Assembly: GCA_028023455.1 (NCBI GenBank)
Contig: JAQFVV010000006.1
Span: forward strand, 16,740,001 to 16,804,000
DNA from: Epiperipatus broadwayi
Lineage: Eukaryota; Animalia; Onychophora
Reading direction: 5' to 3'
Length of the DNA stretch: 64,000 bases
Position numbers and translations under genes: made by a program. A model generated the notes under the pieces. The model made no database searches, had not been told where the DNA came from, and saw only the letters and a program-made list of their open reading frames with translations. This document shows, piece after piece, positions 53,018 through 64,000 of this stretch. The stretch's first letter is position 1. Each line of letters opens with the position of its first letter.

Positions 53018-54338
53018 ACAGCGTTGTGAGCAATTTTATAAGGAGTGCTTGGAAAAGTTTTTCCGGTATCTGGTTTATAATAAGAAATATGTTCAACTTG
53101 GAAATTATTTATTGTGAAATTGTTTATTGAAATATTAAGTATATGCCATCACATCTTAACAGTTAATTTATTTAACATAATGTTGAAAAACTGATGTATT
53201 GCAAATATGCGGGGTGGGTGGGTGGGTGGGTGTAACAAACACTTATAGCATATCTTGTTATAACATTGTTGTAAGCCATTAGTATTTGAAACTTCATATA
53301 TCTACTGAGAATTTAAAGTAATTGCAGTTAATAATTTTGGTAATAAAAAGATTTCGTTTGTTACTAACAATCCATTCCCCTTTATTTTTTATACCTTTGA
53401 TTTATTATTCAACATTTAAGATATAATAGAAGGTGAGGGGTGGTGGTGGATTCTTGAATGATTTGAGAATAGTTAATAATTTTATAAAATTATTGATTTA
53501 TAGTTTTTTAAGTTTAATAATAATTATGTTTTAAGAAGTTTTAATTAACTTTTTTTATATTATTATTTACCTAAAGGCATATTTTATGCAATAAATTGTT
53601 CTATTCCTTGTTCTACTTTTATTTTTTCCTACTTGTACCCTCCTTTTTTAAAAAATCTCCATAACACCTTTTAACACATCTTTCATAATTACCCATCGAT
53701 TGAAATAGATAACTAATTCAAATTCCTCTTTTTACAATTTTCTCAATAAATCTTTTTTTTAAACATATTCTTTTCAAGACTTCTATATTATTAATGTTAT
53801 TTATATATATCCTTTCCATCCTCCTTCAAATTCTCATTTCAGCAGTATCAATTCCCTTTTTTCATGTCTAACTATAAAGCGTATTAAAAGCAAAATATTT
53901 ACTGGGAACTATAAAGCATATAAAGCATTTTTTCCACAAATAATCTTCCTCCCTTACTAAAAATCATTTTCATCTATTGTAATTAAATTAATTCGCACAC
54001 TTTAAAAACTAAAACAATCCCATTTAAATAAATGAAGTACTTATAAATTAATAAGCCTAATTGGCTTGATTGTTATATTTTATTTTAACTATTAATCAGT
54101 TTTATTTTTGCTAAAGAATAAAGGGTAAAATCTTATTCAGAAATCAACTGACAAAGTTTGCAGCAGTTTGTTAAAATAGATTGAATTAAGTACACCGTCA
54201 TCCCTGTTAGTGACGACAATTGTTCCTCCAAATGCCTCCAAATCTCACATAAAGCAGGGGGGGGGGTTACTTTAAATTCAAAATATAAAAATAATTGATT
54301 AAAAAAATAATGTTTCAATTGAAAAAAGTATTATTTAA

Positions 54339-54687
54339 TGAATTTTTTCTACATCGCCGGCTTTTTCATACCTGCACTCCAATATGTGGGCTTTGAGCGT
54401 TCCATCATCAGATTTTCAATGAAATGGATGGCTGAAGAGTTGTGGGGTGGAGTGGATTGAAACCTGTCCATTAAAGTATAAAGATTGGCTATCTTAATAT
54501 AAGCTGATCATTGATTGTATATATGTGTGGAGATGATAATCTGGACCAACTGACGAGTACTGGTTTAGCACGAAATACATATATTGGTGATTATTTAACT
54601 TTTCGACATGTGTGTGATCAAGTGTGTCAGCAGTATGAAATAGCGTGGGTAGTTGAGAATCGTGTGAAAATCTGAGTTCAAACCCTC
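54339..54687 (+). mobile_element. HHR-bearing repeat family A, copy A8
   Basis: Long copy carrying the 5' block shared with A6. Ends GAGTTCAAACCCTC followed by TATATA. Confidence 0.88.
54536..54594 (+). ncRNA. Hammerhead motif A8, core intact
   Basis: AUAAUC UGG ACCAA CUGACGA GUACU GGUUU AGCAC GAAA UACAUA UA UUGGU GAUUAU. Predicted cut after 54583. Confidence 0.84.
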
Positions 54688-56488
54688 TATATATTATTTA
54701 ATGAGTAAACATTTTATTTAGCATATTATATATATAACATGTGGGTTAATATACTATTTAAAAACAATTAACTAGCTATAATTTTAAAAGGGAAAAAAAA
54801 AAAAATTGTTCTATTACTTAACAACTACCATTTTGCTTCTTACATAACCACAGAATGACATCTCCTGAATAATGATTCATTAAATTAAAATAAAGTATGA
54901 ACGCAAAAAACTACTACAATAACTAATCACAATATTTTTTTTTTAAATTAAAAAAAAAAATTAGCACAATGATATACTTGTAAAAGTAAAGAAATATTAC
55001 ATACAATTGATTGCTGTAGTTTTAATAATGTATGTAACAATGATTAAATCTTATTATTTTTATTTTGCTAGTCTATGTTTACAATCAAAGCCAGCTATTA
55101 TCTTAAATATGTCACAAACAAATTATGAGATTATTGATTTAAAATTAGAAAAAAATAAATGGTATTTTAAACTTATATTTAATAACCTTTGATCATATAC
55201 GAAATTATTAGCTGCATAATGCACGAAAACATTTTTTCCCCTCAAAATAACTTAAATTAAGATGACTATTACAATCATTTTATTTTTACAGTAGGAAAAA
55301 TAACATTTGTAAGAATTTTATTGCATAAAACTGATTGAATAAATATAGATTAGCTAAAAACATATTTTACAACTAATATTGATGTACTTTTTTGTTGTAC
55401 ATGATTAAAGTATGTTACTTACATTGTGCTTGAATGAAACGTGATTTTTTAAATTATTATTTTATAGTCATTAGAAATGAAAATCTTTATTTTGGATATC
55501 TCATAAATGAGTGCACTAAATGTTTTGTAAAGTAACAGGATGGAAATTAAATTATGTGCATTAATCTTATTTTAATTCTATAATCAAAAGGATATTGTGC
55601 ACTGTATATTGAATAAACTATACTGTATATTTTTAATATAAATGTTGCCTTTTTATTTTTGGAAGACATATTTTTAATGAAGTCACTACACTATGATGTA
55701 ATAAATCTTACAAAATAACCACCATCTTGAAAAAATAGCGATTGTTTTTTGTAAAGATTGTAATAGTGAATAATTGATTGTAAATCAATATAAAGGTACA
55801 AACTGATGATGACTGCTAGATCCATCACTAACAGAGGTAAAGGTTAATATCTACTTATTAGTTGATATTATAAAAATAAGAATATGAAATGTTATATTTT
55901 TATAACATGTAAATATATATATTAAAATCTTTAATATATTTTCATGTTATATTTTAGTATTTATAGCAGGATCTAGATGCTTTAAAGATTTAGGAGATTT
56001 GTAATGAGAGGGGCATGAAGTAAAAAATATAGTGCCGTATTATTATTTATCTGAAAAAATTCCCTATAATTATATTCACATTGCAAGGATTTATTAGAAG
56101 TAACTGTCAGTTAACCGTAAATTCATTGCTGAAACTGTTTAAATATAGTGTTGTGTGTTTATAGAATACATATTCAAAATATAGGTACATATTTTTTTAT
56201 TATCTTTTAAGAAATCTGGCATGTGACTATAAATCTAAGATAAACCCCCCCCCCATCTAAATGGTAATGCCATCTTTTAGTAAAAATAAAAATACTTAGA
56301 ACTGTAAATGTGTGAACATGTAAATGGAATAAATGATGTGTTTGATGATTATAATTGTCATTGGATTTTTTTCAAATTGCCACCAACTCTTCACAGTCAT
56401 ATCTGTTTGATGATCATGTCACTGATTTTTCAGTCATTTCAATGATACATCCATTGTAAGATGATAAGATCTCTCATAACTTCGATTT

Positions 56489-56745
56489 CACCACTTTGAT
56501 TCATTATCAATCCACTGTTGAATGAAGATCTTTTCGAGTTAATCCATCTTTTTTAATCCATAATTCCTCTTCTTTTTACCTTTCCAGCAATTCTTATTTC
56601 ATTTATCCATTTCATACAAGATTGTTTACTGTCTCTTGGGGTCCATTTAAATCATCAACTCTCATTTCTCCATCTCTTCTAGTAGCAAAACCCAATTCGA
56701 GTCCATTCTCTTAATTCTTTAGTTGATATCAGTGATGCCTGTTTG
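56489..56745 (-). mobile_element. 3' end fragment of an RTE-clade LINE, copy 2
   Basis: Shares CACCACTTT..TCATTATCAATCCACTG..GAATGAAG and TCTCTTAATTCTTT..GT with 17026-17345. Confidence 0.72.
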
Positions 56746-57887
56746 TTCTGTACTATACTATTTTACTTTGAACATCTTATTATGAACTAAATAAAGATTA
56801 TTAATCCATATCTTAACACACAGATATATGTTGTTCTAGGATATGTGGTCATATATTATATCAATAGTTTGTTTAAAAAAGTTTTTACTTTTGTCATTGC
56901 TGAATATTGATTTGCTTCAATTTCAGTTATATAAATAAGTAATATCCTATTTTATTTTGAATGTACACTTTTTCTATTTTTATAATTAAAAGACATTATA
57001 TTATAGAGTGAAAAATGTATTCACGGAAATAATGATTTATCACTCCCCCCCAAATCATATTTATATACACACGCAAATCAGTATATTTTATTTGCAAATT
57101 ATATGCAGTTTATTTATATATCTGTGTCCAATGTGAGTACGTAGTATAGATATATGGCATGCACTTAAAAATTATATAGAATTATTTTTATTATTAATTT
57201 CCACTCTACTTTATATGCAATATTTTTTTTAGCTCGTAGATAACTGACATTACGGGCATGGAAATCGTAACTGTGGAAGAACACTGTTGTATGGTTTTGG
57301 AAAATGTTTCCAAGTTTTTAAAAATAGTATTGCATTAAGTAATGTTTTAGATGACTATTTATTAGTCTGCATTATAGTGACATGTTTATTTCATGTTTAA
57401 AGAGGTTTATTTAAATTCATTGTAACAATATTTCATACTCTGTAGTCAAGTTGCAATCTTTAAGTGTCCATATATATTCAATGGACCATTAGTAAGAATG
57501 GATTTCCATTCTTGCTATTAAAAGGTGTGAAGGTTGCCTTGACAGCAGTTAGAAATATTGATTGCTATATTTACTATGAATGTTTAGGTGGTTACTGGTT
57601 GGAAACTAATTATAATTCCATCTGTCATAGATAATTATAAACAGTTAATTATTATTATTGTTTTTGTAAAGTAAATAAATTGTAAGAAAATACTTTAATG
57701 TTTAATATTGAAAATGGAAAATTTAATTTGTATTATAAATTCATAAGTATTTGAGATACTTATGGAATAATTTTATATTTTAATAGTTAGATATGGAAAA
57801 TGCTTAATAGAAAAATTTAAATTAACGATTAAACACGTGAATTGTCTATGGAAAAATTAACCATTTGTTTACAGAAGATACAAAGTT

Positions 57888-57999
57888 GTCAAGCGTTGTT
57901 AGCCGAGAGGTCATCACAGCCGCCTTGCAAGCAAGTAGTTGGTTGCAGACGGTTGTGAGTTCGTCTCCCGGACGATGCTATGACATATGAAAAAAAAAA
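57888..57999 (+). mobile_element. Short tRNA-derived SINE, copy 3
   Basis: GTCAAGCGTTGTTAGCCGAGAGGTCA...GAGTTCGTCTCCCGG...ATG plus poly(A). Perfect 13-bp TSD AAGATACAAAGTT at 57875-57887 and 58000-58012. Confidence 0.88.
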
Positions 58000-59600
58000 A
58001 AGATACAAAGTTTTGTAAATGTATTAAGAAATTATATATATATGAAAATAAATAAATAAAACAATCATTAAATAGGTACCTGCAGGGCAAAGACTTTTCG
58101 GGGGGGGGGGTTAGGGGGATTCGGCCAACTAGTGAAAGAGTATATTTTACTTATCAGACATGTCAGTCATGAAATAATTAGTTTACATAGTTTTCCATCT
58201 TTGTTTCATTCTTTAGTTAAAAATAGATTTCCTATTTGAAAGAAAAATAAACTTAAAAAATAATTTTCAATCTGTTCAATTTTCAACCTAGGTCATACCA
58301 GAAACCTATTCTATATATATAATTCTATAAATGTGTGCTGTAAGCCTGCACTTTATCTTAAACACCATTATCCTGGCTAGCCATGAACCATTATGCTGAG
58401 AGAAATGACTATAGCAATCAACTTCAGTTTGTTCTCACTATTTTGATTTATTAGAATTGATGATTATTATTCATTATGATGAGCTCTAAACAAATTTGAA
58501 ACTTCTTTTTTAAAAACAACTGCCATTTTATAAGATTGGTAATGTCAGAGGATAGAAATTTCATTGGCAAGACCTATGCTAAAAATATACAGTACAGTAC
58601 AGAGTTTATTCTTTAAGTTTTGATTATAGAATTAAAATACAATTAATATATTTTATCTGATTTTTATCTAGTCTTCTTATAAGATAATCAGTGTCTTCAT
58701 TTATGGTATGTTAAAAATAAATAAGATTTTTATTCTAAATGATTACACAAGCAAAAAGAAAAAATATAGAAGCTCATTTCATTTACTAAAGATGTGTTAT
58801 CACAAACATATTTTGATCAAGGACAACAGCCAAATGTATTAATATTAAACTTTAAAATAAGTACATTAGTTAAAATATATTCACTTAATCAGTTTTATTG
58901 ATTAAAATTTTTATGAGCATTATTCTGCTCATGATAAAAAAAATGTTAACCATAATTGTAAAATAATCATCATCATTGTAAATTTATTTTAAAGTAAAAA
59001 AAAAAGATTTCTCTTATTATGTAGTTAATAATCAACTTTATATTATCAAAGGTTATTAAACATAAGTTTGAAATATTATTTATTTGATCTTTTTAAATCA
59101 ACAGTCTTATAATTTGTTTCCAGAAAATTGTGACTTTTATTGAAAATATAAAAAAATAGACCTTTACAATATTGGGAAAAAAATATTTAATCATATACAT
59201 TATTAAGACTTCAGCAATCAATTATAGATTACATTTCTTTATGAAGTTTTTGCTTAGCATGCAATGGCAACAACATGATTTAGTCATGGGAGTGCTACAA
59301 GTAGTATCTCATATCACTTTGAAGAAGAATATTTGTTTTCTATAAATATTTCAAATTTAACTTAAATTTATAAACATTAACAGTATATGAAAATGTTGTC
59401 CTGAAGGTTTGTGATGATGGTGTTCTAATTGTATTTTTATACTGGACTATTTCCATAATCTAATATGAGTATTGGATGTCTTTAGAAAAATATAACTTTT
59501 ATTTAAATATTCCAAATACATTCAACTGTTAGTAATAGCACATCAAACAGATTAATATATGCACAATGTTTTGAAAGGTATTATTCTCTACTCTTCTTCA

Positions 59601-59713
59601 GGTGTTGCTGACTTGACCAGTGATGGTACTAGCAATGGGATTTGAACCCAGATTCTTAGATTCTTGAGTATTGAATTTTAAGATAATGCTCTAACCAACT
59701 GTGTCATCCTGCC
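59601..59713 (-). mobile_element. tRNA-derived SINE head (different family)
   Basis: Minus strand GGCAGGATGACACAGTTGGTTAGAGCA (A box) ... GGGTTCAAATCCC (B box). No convincing intact cloverleaf. Confidence 0.6.
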
Positions 59714-61949
59714 AAAGGTTCATATACTTATCTATGAGATTCCTCCAGATTTCTCCACTTTTTTCTAAGAGCAAAGTTGATTAGTGGTTTCCATACATTA
59801 TGTATGGTCACACTGGGTTGGCTTATAGGATTTTTTGCCATTGTCACATAAGTAGCTTCTTTAAATTTTTTTCTTTGTACCTTTTCTTCTGTAAAAAATA
59901 TAACTATAAAATCACAAAAATAAAAAAAATTTAAATTTTGTTTAATGGGCTTCAATTGATTTCGTTTTTATAATTAGTTATTATAATTAAATAAATTTGC
60001 TTTTTATTATTGTTGTCATTAGTTACATCAAGTTTTATAATATCTTTTTTAAAAAGAGCAAAAAAAAAAAGCTGCAATTTAAAAGAAATTTTTTTTTTGA
60101 CAACCATTTACTAGAGATCGTATGAGGTACTGGCACATAAAATTAAAACCATGTATGCTAAATTCAAATTAATTTGATTGTTTGAAAAATAGATACACAC
60201 TTAAGAAGGCACCGAGAGAATAATCTGTTTAATTTAAAAATTAATATGAAATTAAGCTGTCTGAAAATTAATATTGCTATAATATATGATTTGTAGCTTT
60301 TGAGGATTAATTTCACTGCATTGATGCAAAATAAATAAAGTAGCAAAGTTTTTTCTTTTTTTTAAAGAAAAAAATAACAGCTGTGCAAAAAAGTTCTATA
60401 TTTTATTGATTAGACATCGCAAAAATAAAAAAAAAACCTTTATATTGGATTATAAACTACATCAAAAATAAGTTTTGAAATGTACTTTGTGTTATTTTTC
60501 CTCCCTTTATATTTTAATTAAATGAATTGTGAATCCGAAAATATTCTCTCACCATGGAAGAAACAAAAATGGCAACTGTAGCACTGAAATGTTTTTATGC
60601 AGTGTATTTATCCACATGTTAGTATCCCCCCCCCCTATAATATGTTTACTAAAACATCCATTAACATTTGTTTTTCAAGTAGTTTTTTTTTTTTTTTAAA
60701 TCAAATTTTTATATATTTTAAGTAGCAAATTAATTTTTCTTCATAGGAATTCGTTCTTATTGTTTACCTTTTACGTGAGGTTGTTAATTTTGGAGCAGCA
60801 ATTGCCCTCACTAAATAACAATAAAGTTTGTATATATTGAACCGGGTGGAAGAAAATTGCTGTGATTATCTAATTTAAAATCTTGATCTTAACTCCTGCT
60901 GCACTCTCACTATTGCAGCAGACCGACCCTTGAGAAGCATACTACCACAGGTAGATGAAACACAACAGTATCTATAACCAGACCAAGGCTATGCAAAGTA
61001 TAACATACAATCATATTTCCAGGCTATAGAACTTATCAGCTGTTAGATTGAAACCCCTGCCATCTAAAGCACTTTATTTGTTTTGAGGTTTAACCTCAGG
61101 CTCCAGCTAATCATAAGTTATATAATCAGCATGCCCATATGACAGGTATACAATCTAGCACATGATATATCCCCAAGTTAGCTCCTTTCTCTGAGGGGAA
61201 ATCTTTAATACACTTACCCAATACTTATAATTAATTATAACTTTTAACCTATTAGTGACACAGTTATAAGAGAGAGAAGAGACAATAATGAAGCAAACAA
61301 ATAATTTATTTACACACACTCCTAATTAAAACTCATTACAATAAAATTTTACATATATGCACGCACACATTTATAATACAATATAATAAGAATTTATGAA
61401 AACATCTTAAAGATTACTTTGACTGTGGTCATTAAAATTTATTAAAGTCTCTCATGCATATAACTGTTAAAATCTTTAAAATGGGATAATATGGATTATA
61501 TTTACCTAGGATTTTTCTTTTCAGATAGCATGTTATATGCTCATGAATACAGTTCCTGATTTGTAATTCACCAACTGGTTGGTCTTTTCTTTTCCATCGA
61601 TAGTTTGGCTTATTAGTGATTTTAATGTTTCAATGAAGGAGATTTTTTATAGTTTACAGATCATGAGGTGAGCATGAGTTCTAGATGGAAAGCATCTGAT
61701 GGTATATAAAGAACTGGGATTGATGACTAGCTGCACACTTCAGTTTCTGTCTAGCAGTGCATACTGCTAGGTTGCCCTTCAATGAATATAAGTATAGGCA
61801 CCTGCATGCTGGAGGATGTTAATCATTTCCCAGCTCTATATGCTAATCCATGTCAATGGCTTTAGGTTGTTTGAAATTGGCCACTTTTTGAGGTATGATA
61901 CTGTTTATATGCTTGTTTGAAAGCTTAGAAAAGTCCCGTAAGATGCTGA

Positions 61950-62500
61950 TCTCTTGAATTATTTTACAAGTAAAAAATCAATAAATGTGATGTTGTAAGT
62001 CTGACAAAAGAAGAGGGCAGTCTGTTCTTGCTGCTGATTGGTTAAGAAAACCGCTTTTCAATAAATTTTACCACTACAATTTCTTTTGTTTCATTTCGAA
62101 AGTGATAAATGAATGTTTCAGACCATTTTAAAAGTATTTTTTGACATATTATAAATTATTTTGATAAAGTATGCTAAAAATAAAATTATTTTAGAAAAAT
62201 AGTTAAGATTTTAGTAAAAATTATTTACTTTTCCATAACATAAAATTGGGAAAGAAATCACTGATGTCAACAACACTTTTTAGTTGGTGAGTAATGTTCA
62301 TTTTAGATTTGCAGCTATCGAATATTTTTATAATTATAAATAAAAATTTATTTTTGAAAAAACTTTCGTTCACTTTCATAACCTGACAAATTATTAATAT
62401 ACTTTTTTCAAACAAAACTAAAGTGAATATAATAATAAAAGATGAATATATTTTTACGGCTGAGATTTGTGAATTGACCAATTAAAACTTTAGAGTTTTA
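61950..62500 (+). mobile_element. Diverged internal fragment related to the piggyBac-type MITE at 23089-23937
   Basis: Shares the blocks TGAATTATTTTACAAGTAAAAAATCAAT, GATAAA(T/C)GAATGTTT and AAACTAAAGTGAATATA in the same order. Confidence 0.65.
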
Positions 62501-63599
62501 TCTCATTCGGCCAATAAAATTAATTACTACTGTAAGAATTAATGGCCCTTTGCTATCTTCTCCTTGAAAGTTTTTTTTATACCAGTGCAATATTGAATAA
62601 TAATGAATATATAATAAAAATAGTTATAGTAATGTAATAAATGAATGAATCTCTCGGTTCTTTTATATGCTTATTATTCATTGTTTTCTATTTATCATTC
62701 TTTGATTTGGTTTAATGAAATTTTATATTTCCTTAATTAAATTTATATTCTGTTTTAATATAACTTCTTTCTTAGATTAATCTAATGTTTGATAAGATAA
62801 TGTCCTTAGTCTTTTCCTTTGGTTTTTTAATTAATGCAATGGGAATTATTATTTCTTTTCTTTATCAACTAAGTAATCTTTTAAGTGAATTTAAATTTAA
62901 AAGTTTTCTTATTTACAAATTATATATTTTAGTTCTGTTTCATTTTTAATTTTTTTTTCTATTTAAATTTATAAAAAGGTAGAACTAATTTTAACTTTTT
63001 TGCTTAGAGTTAATTACCCCTCCTTCTTACTCGCTCTTTAAATATTAAATTCTCTTAATTTTTTTTAAATGACAAGATGATGCAACACTTTACTTTTGCA
63101 AGTTTGCATTTAAAAAAAAAATCTTTAAACATTTGGTAGTCATGTGTCATAGCTGATTGGTTGAAATTTTATTTTCTTTTTTAAATTATGTAAACACTAT
63201 AAGCATGACATCAACAGAAATATGGGCATTTGATCCATTGTAAAAATATCTTTTAAATGCCATCTTTTCGATTGCAATCGGAAGATATTTGAATTTTTTA
63301 TGAATTTTTTTTAAACAGGCGAATTTAATTTTTTTATATTTTGGTCAATTTTTTAGTTTACATGAAGGGATAAAGGCAGAAAATTGTAAACAGCCTTATT
63401 ATATAGTGAAACTGGGTTAAAAATATACATGTCATTTGCATTCAAGGCCTATAATGGGATATGAATGTAATCGCAGAATATATATTACAAGTAGATTTTT
63501 TGGTAGTTATTTGATAGCAAGGCACAACAGTTTGATGGCATTGTTTTTGTGAAAAAAAAAACAATAAAATGTAATGTTACCAGGCTAAGACTTTTATTT

Positions 63600-64000
63600 T
63601 ATTAATAAAACCAAACAAAAATAAAAACAAGTCATTTTTTTTTGTTATTTTGTAATTTCTTTTTTTAATAAAATCTTGTTCTCCTTTTTTTTTTCGTTTT
63701 TCAAAACAAAAAATAAAAACAATCACACCTTTTTTTATTTCCAAGAACTTTATTTTTATACTATGTCTTTAATTTTTTTTATTTTTTTAAAAAAAAAAAT
63801 TTTTTTTTAATGTTTAGTATTTGTATCAACTTTTTTTAAAAATAAAATCTTGTTCTACTTTTTTTTTACTGGTTTTTCAAAACAAAATTTAAAAACAATC
63901 ACTCCTTTTTTAAAAAATGAAATCTTGTTATTTTTTTTGGGTATTTTGGTTATTTTTGTTTATTCTTCTTCTAAACCAAAAATAACTTTTGTTGTGTTTT
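63600..64000. repeat. T-rich low-complexity region with a ~174-bp periodic repeat
   Basis: AATAAAATCTTGTTCT...TTTTTCAAAACAAAA...AAAAACAATCAC occurs at about 63667 and 63841, with a partial copy at about 63920. Confidence 0.7.

Noticed and set aside
54425-54476. Second hammerhead-like string inside family A (CTGAAGAG...GAAACCTGTC)
   Set aside because: Other copies read TTGAAGAG and GAAGCC. Helix II does not pair, and helix I cannot form in register (the flanks pair as a plain hairpin). At most a very old relic.
59601-59713. Functional tRNA gene
   Set aside because: A and B boxes are present, but the spacing is too long and there is no consistent acceptor or anticodon stem. Treated as a SINE head.
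60925-60975. CTTGAGAAG-CTACC/GGTAG-GAAAC..GTA Penelope-end-like motif (similar weak ones at about 3775 and 51805)
   Set aside because: The core is altered and there is no helix I, so it cannot be called a ribozyme.

Overview
This is very AT-rich eukaryotic DNA, probably from an invertebrate animal and probably intergenic or intronic. I cannot support any intact host protein-coding gene; most track ORFs are chance ORFs or transposon debris. Recognisable decayed mobile elements are a hAT/Charlie transposase plus hAT MITEs, an L1/Tx1-type LINE, RTE 3' ends, Penelope-like (GIY-YIG) remnants, a piggyBac-type MITE, a short tRNA-derived SINE with TSDs, palindromic elements and a 122-bp tandem array. 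The main unannotated signal is a set of type I hammerhead ribozyme (HHR) motifs, found by reading the sequence. Family A has eight motifs, with a palindromic helix III and a 3-nt bulge in helix I. Seven sit in a roughly 200-370 bp non-coding repeat that ends in a Pol III A/B-box-like segment; the eighth is a short divergent fragment. Six of the eight occur as three head-to-head inverted pairs with the ribozymes pointing outward. Family B has two recognisable motifs and one degenerate one; one lies just upstream of a Penelope endonuclease remnant. All structures were paired by eye and none has been tested for cleavage.
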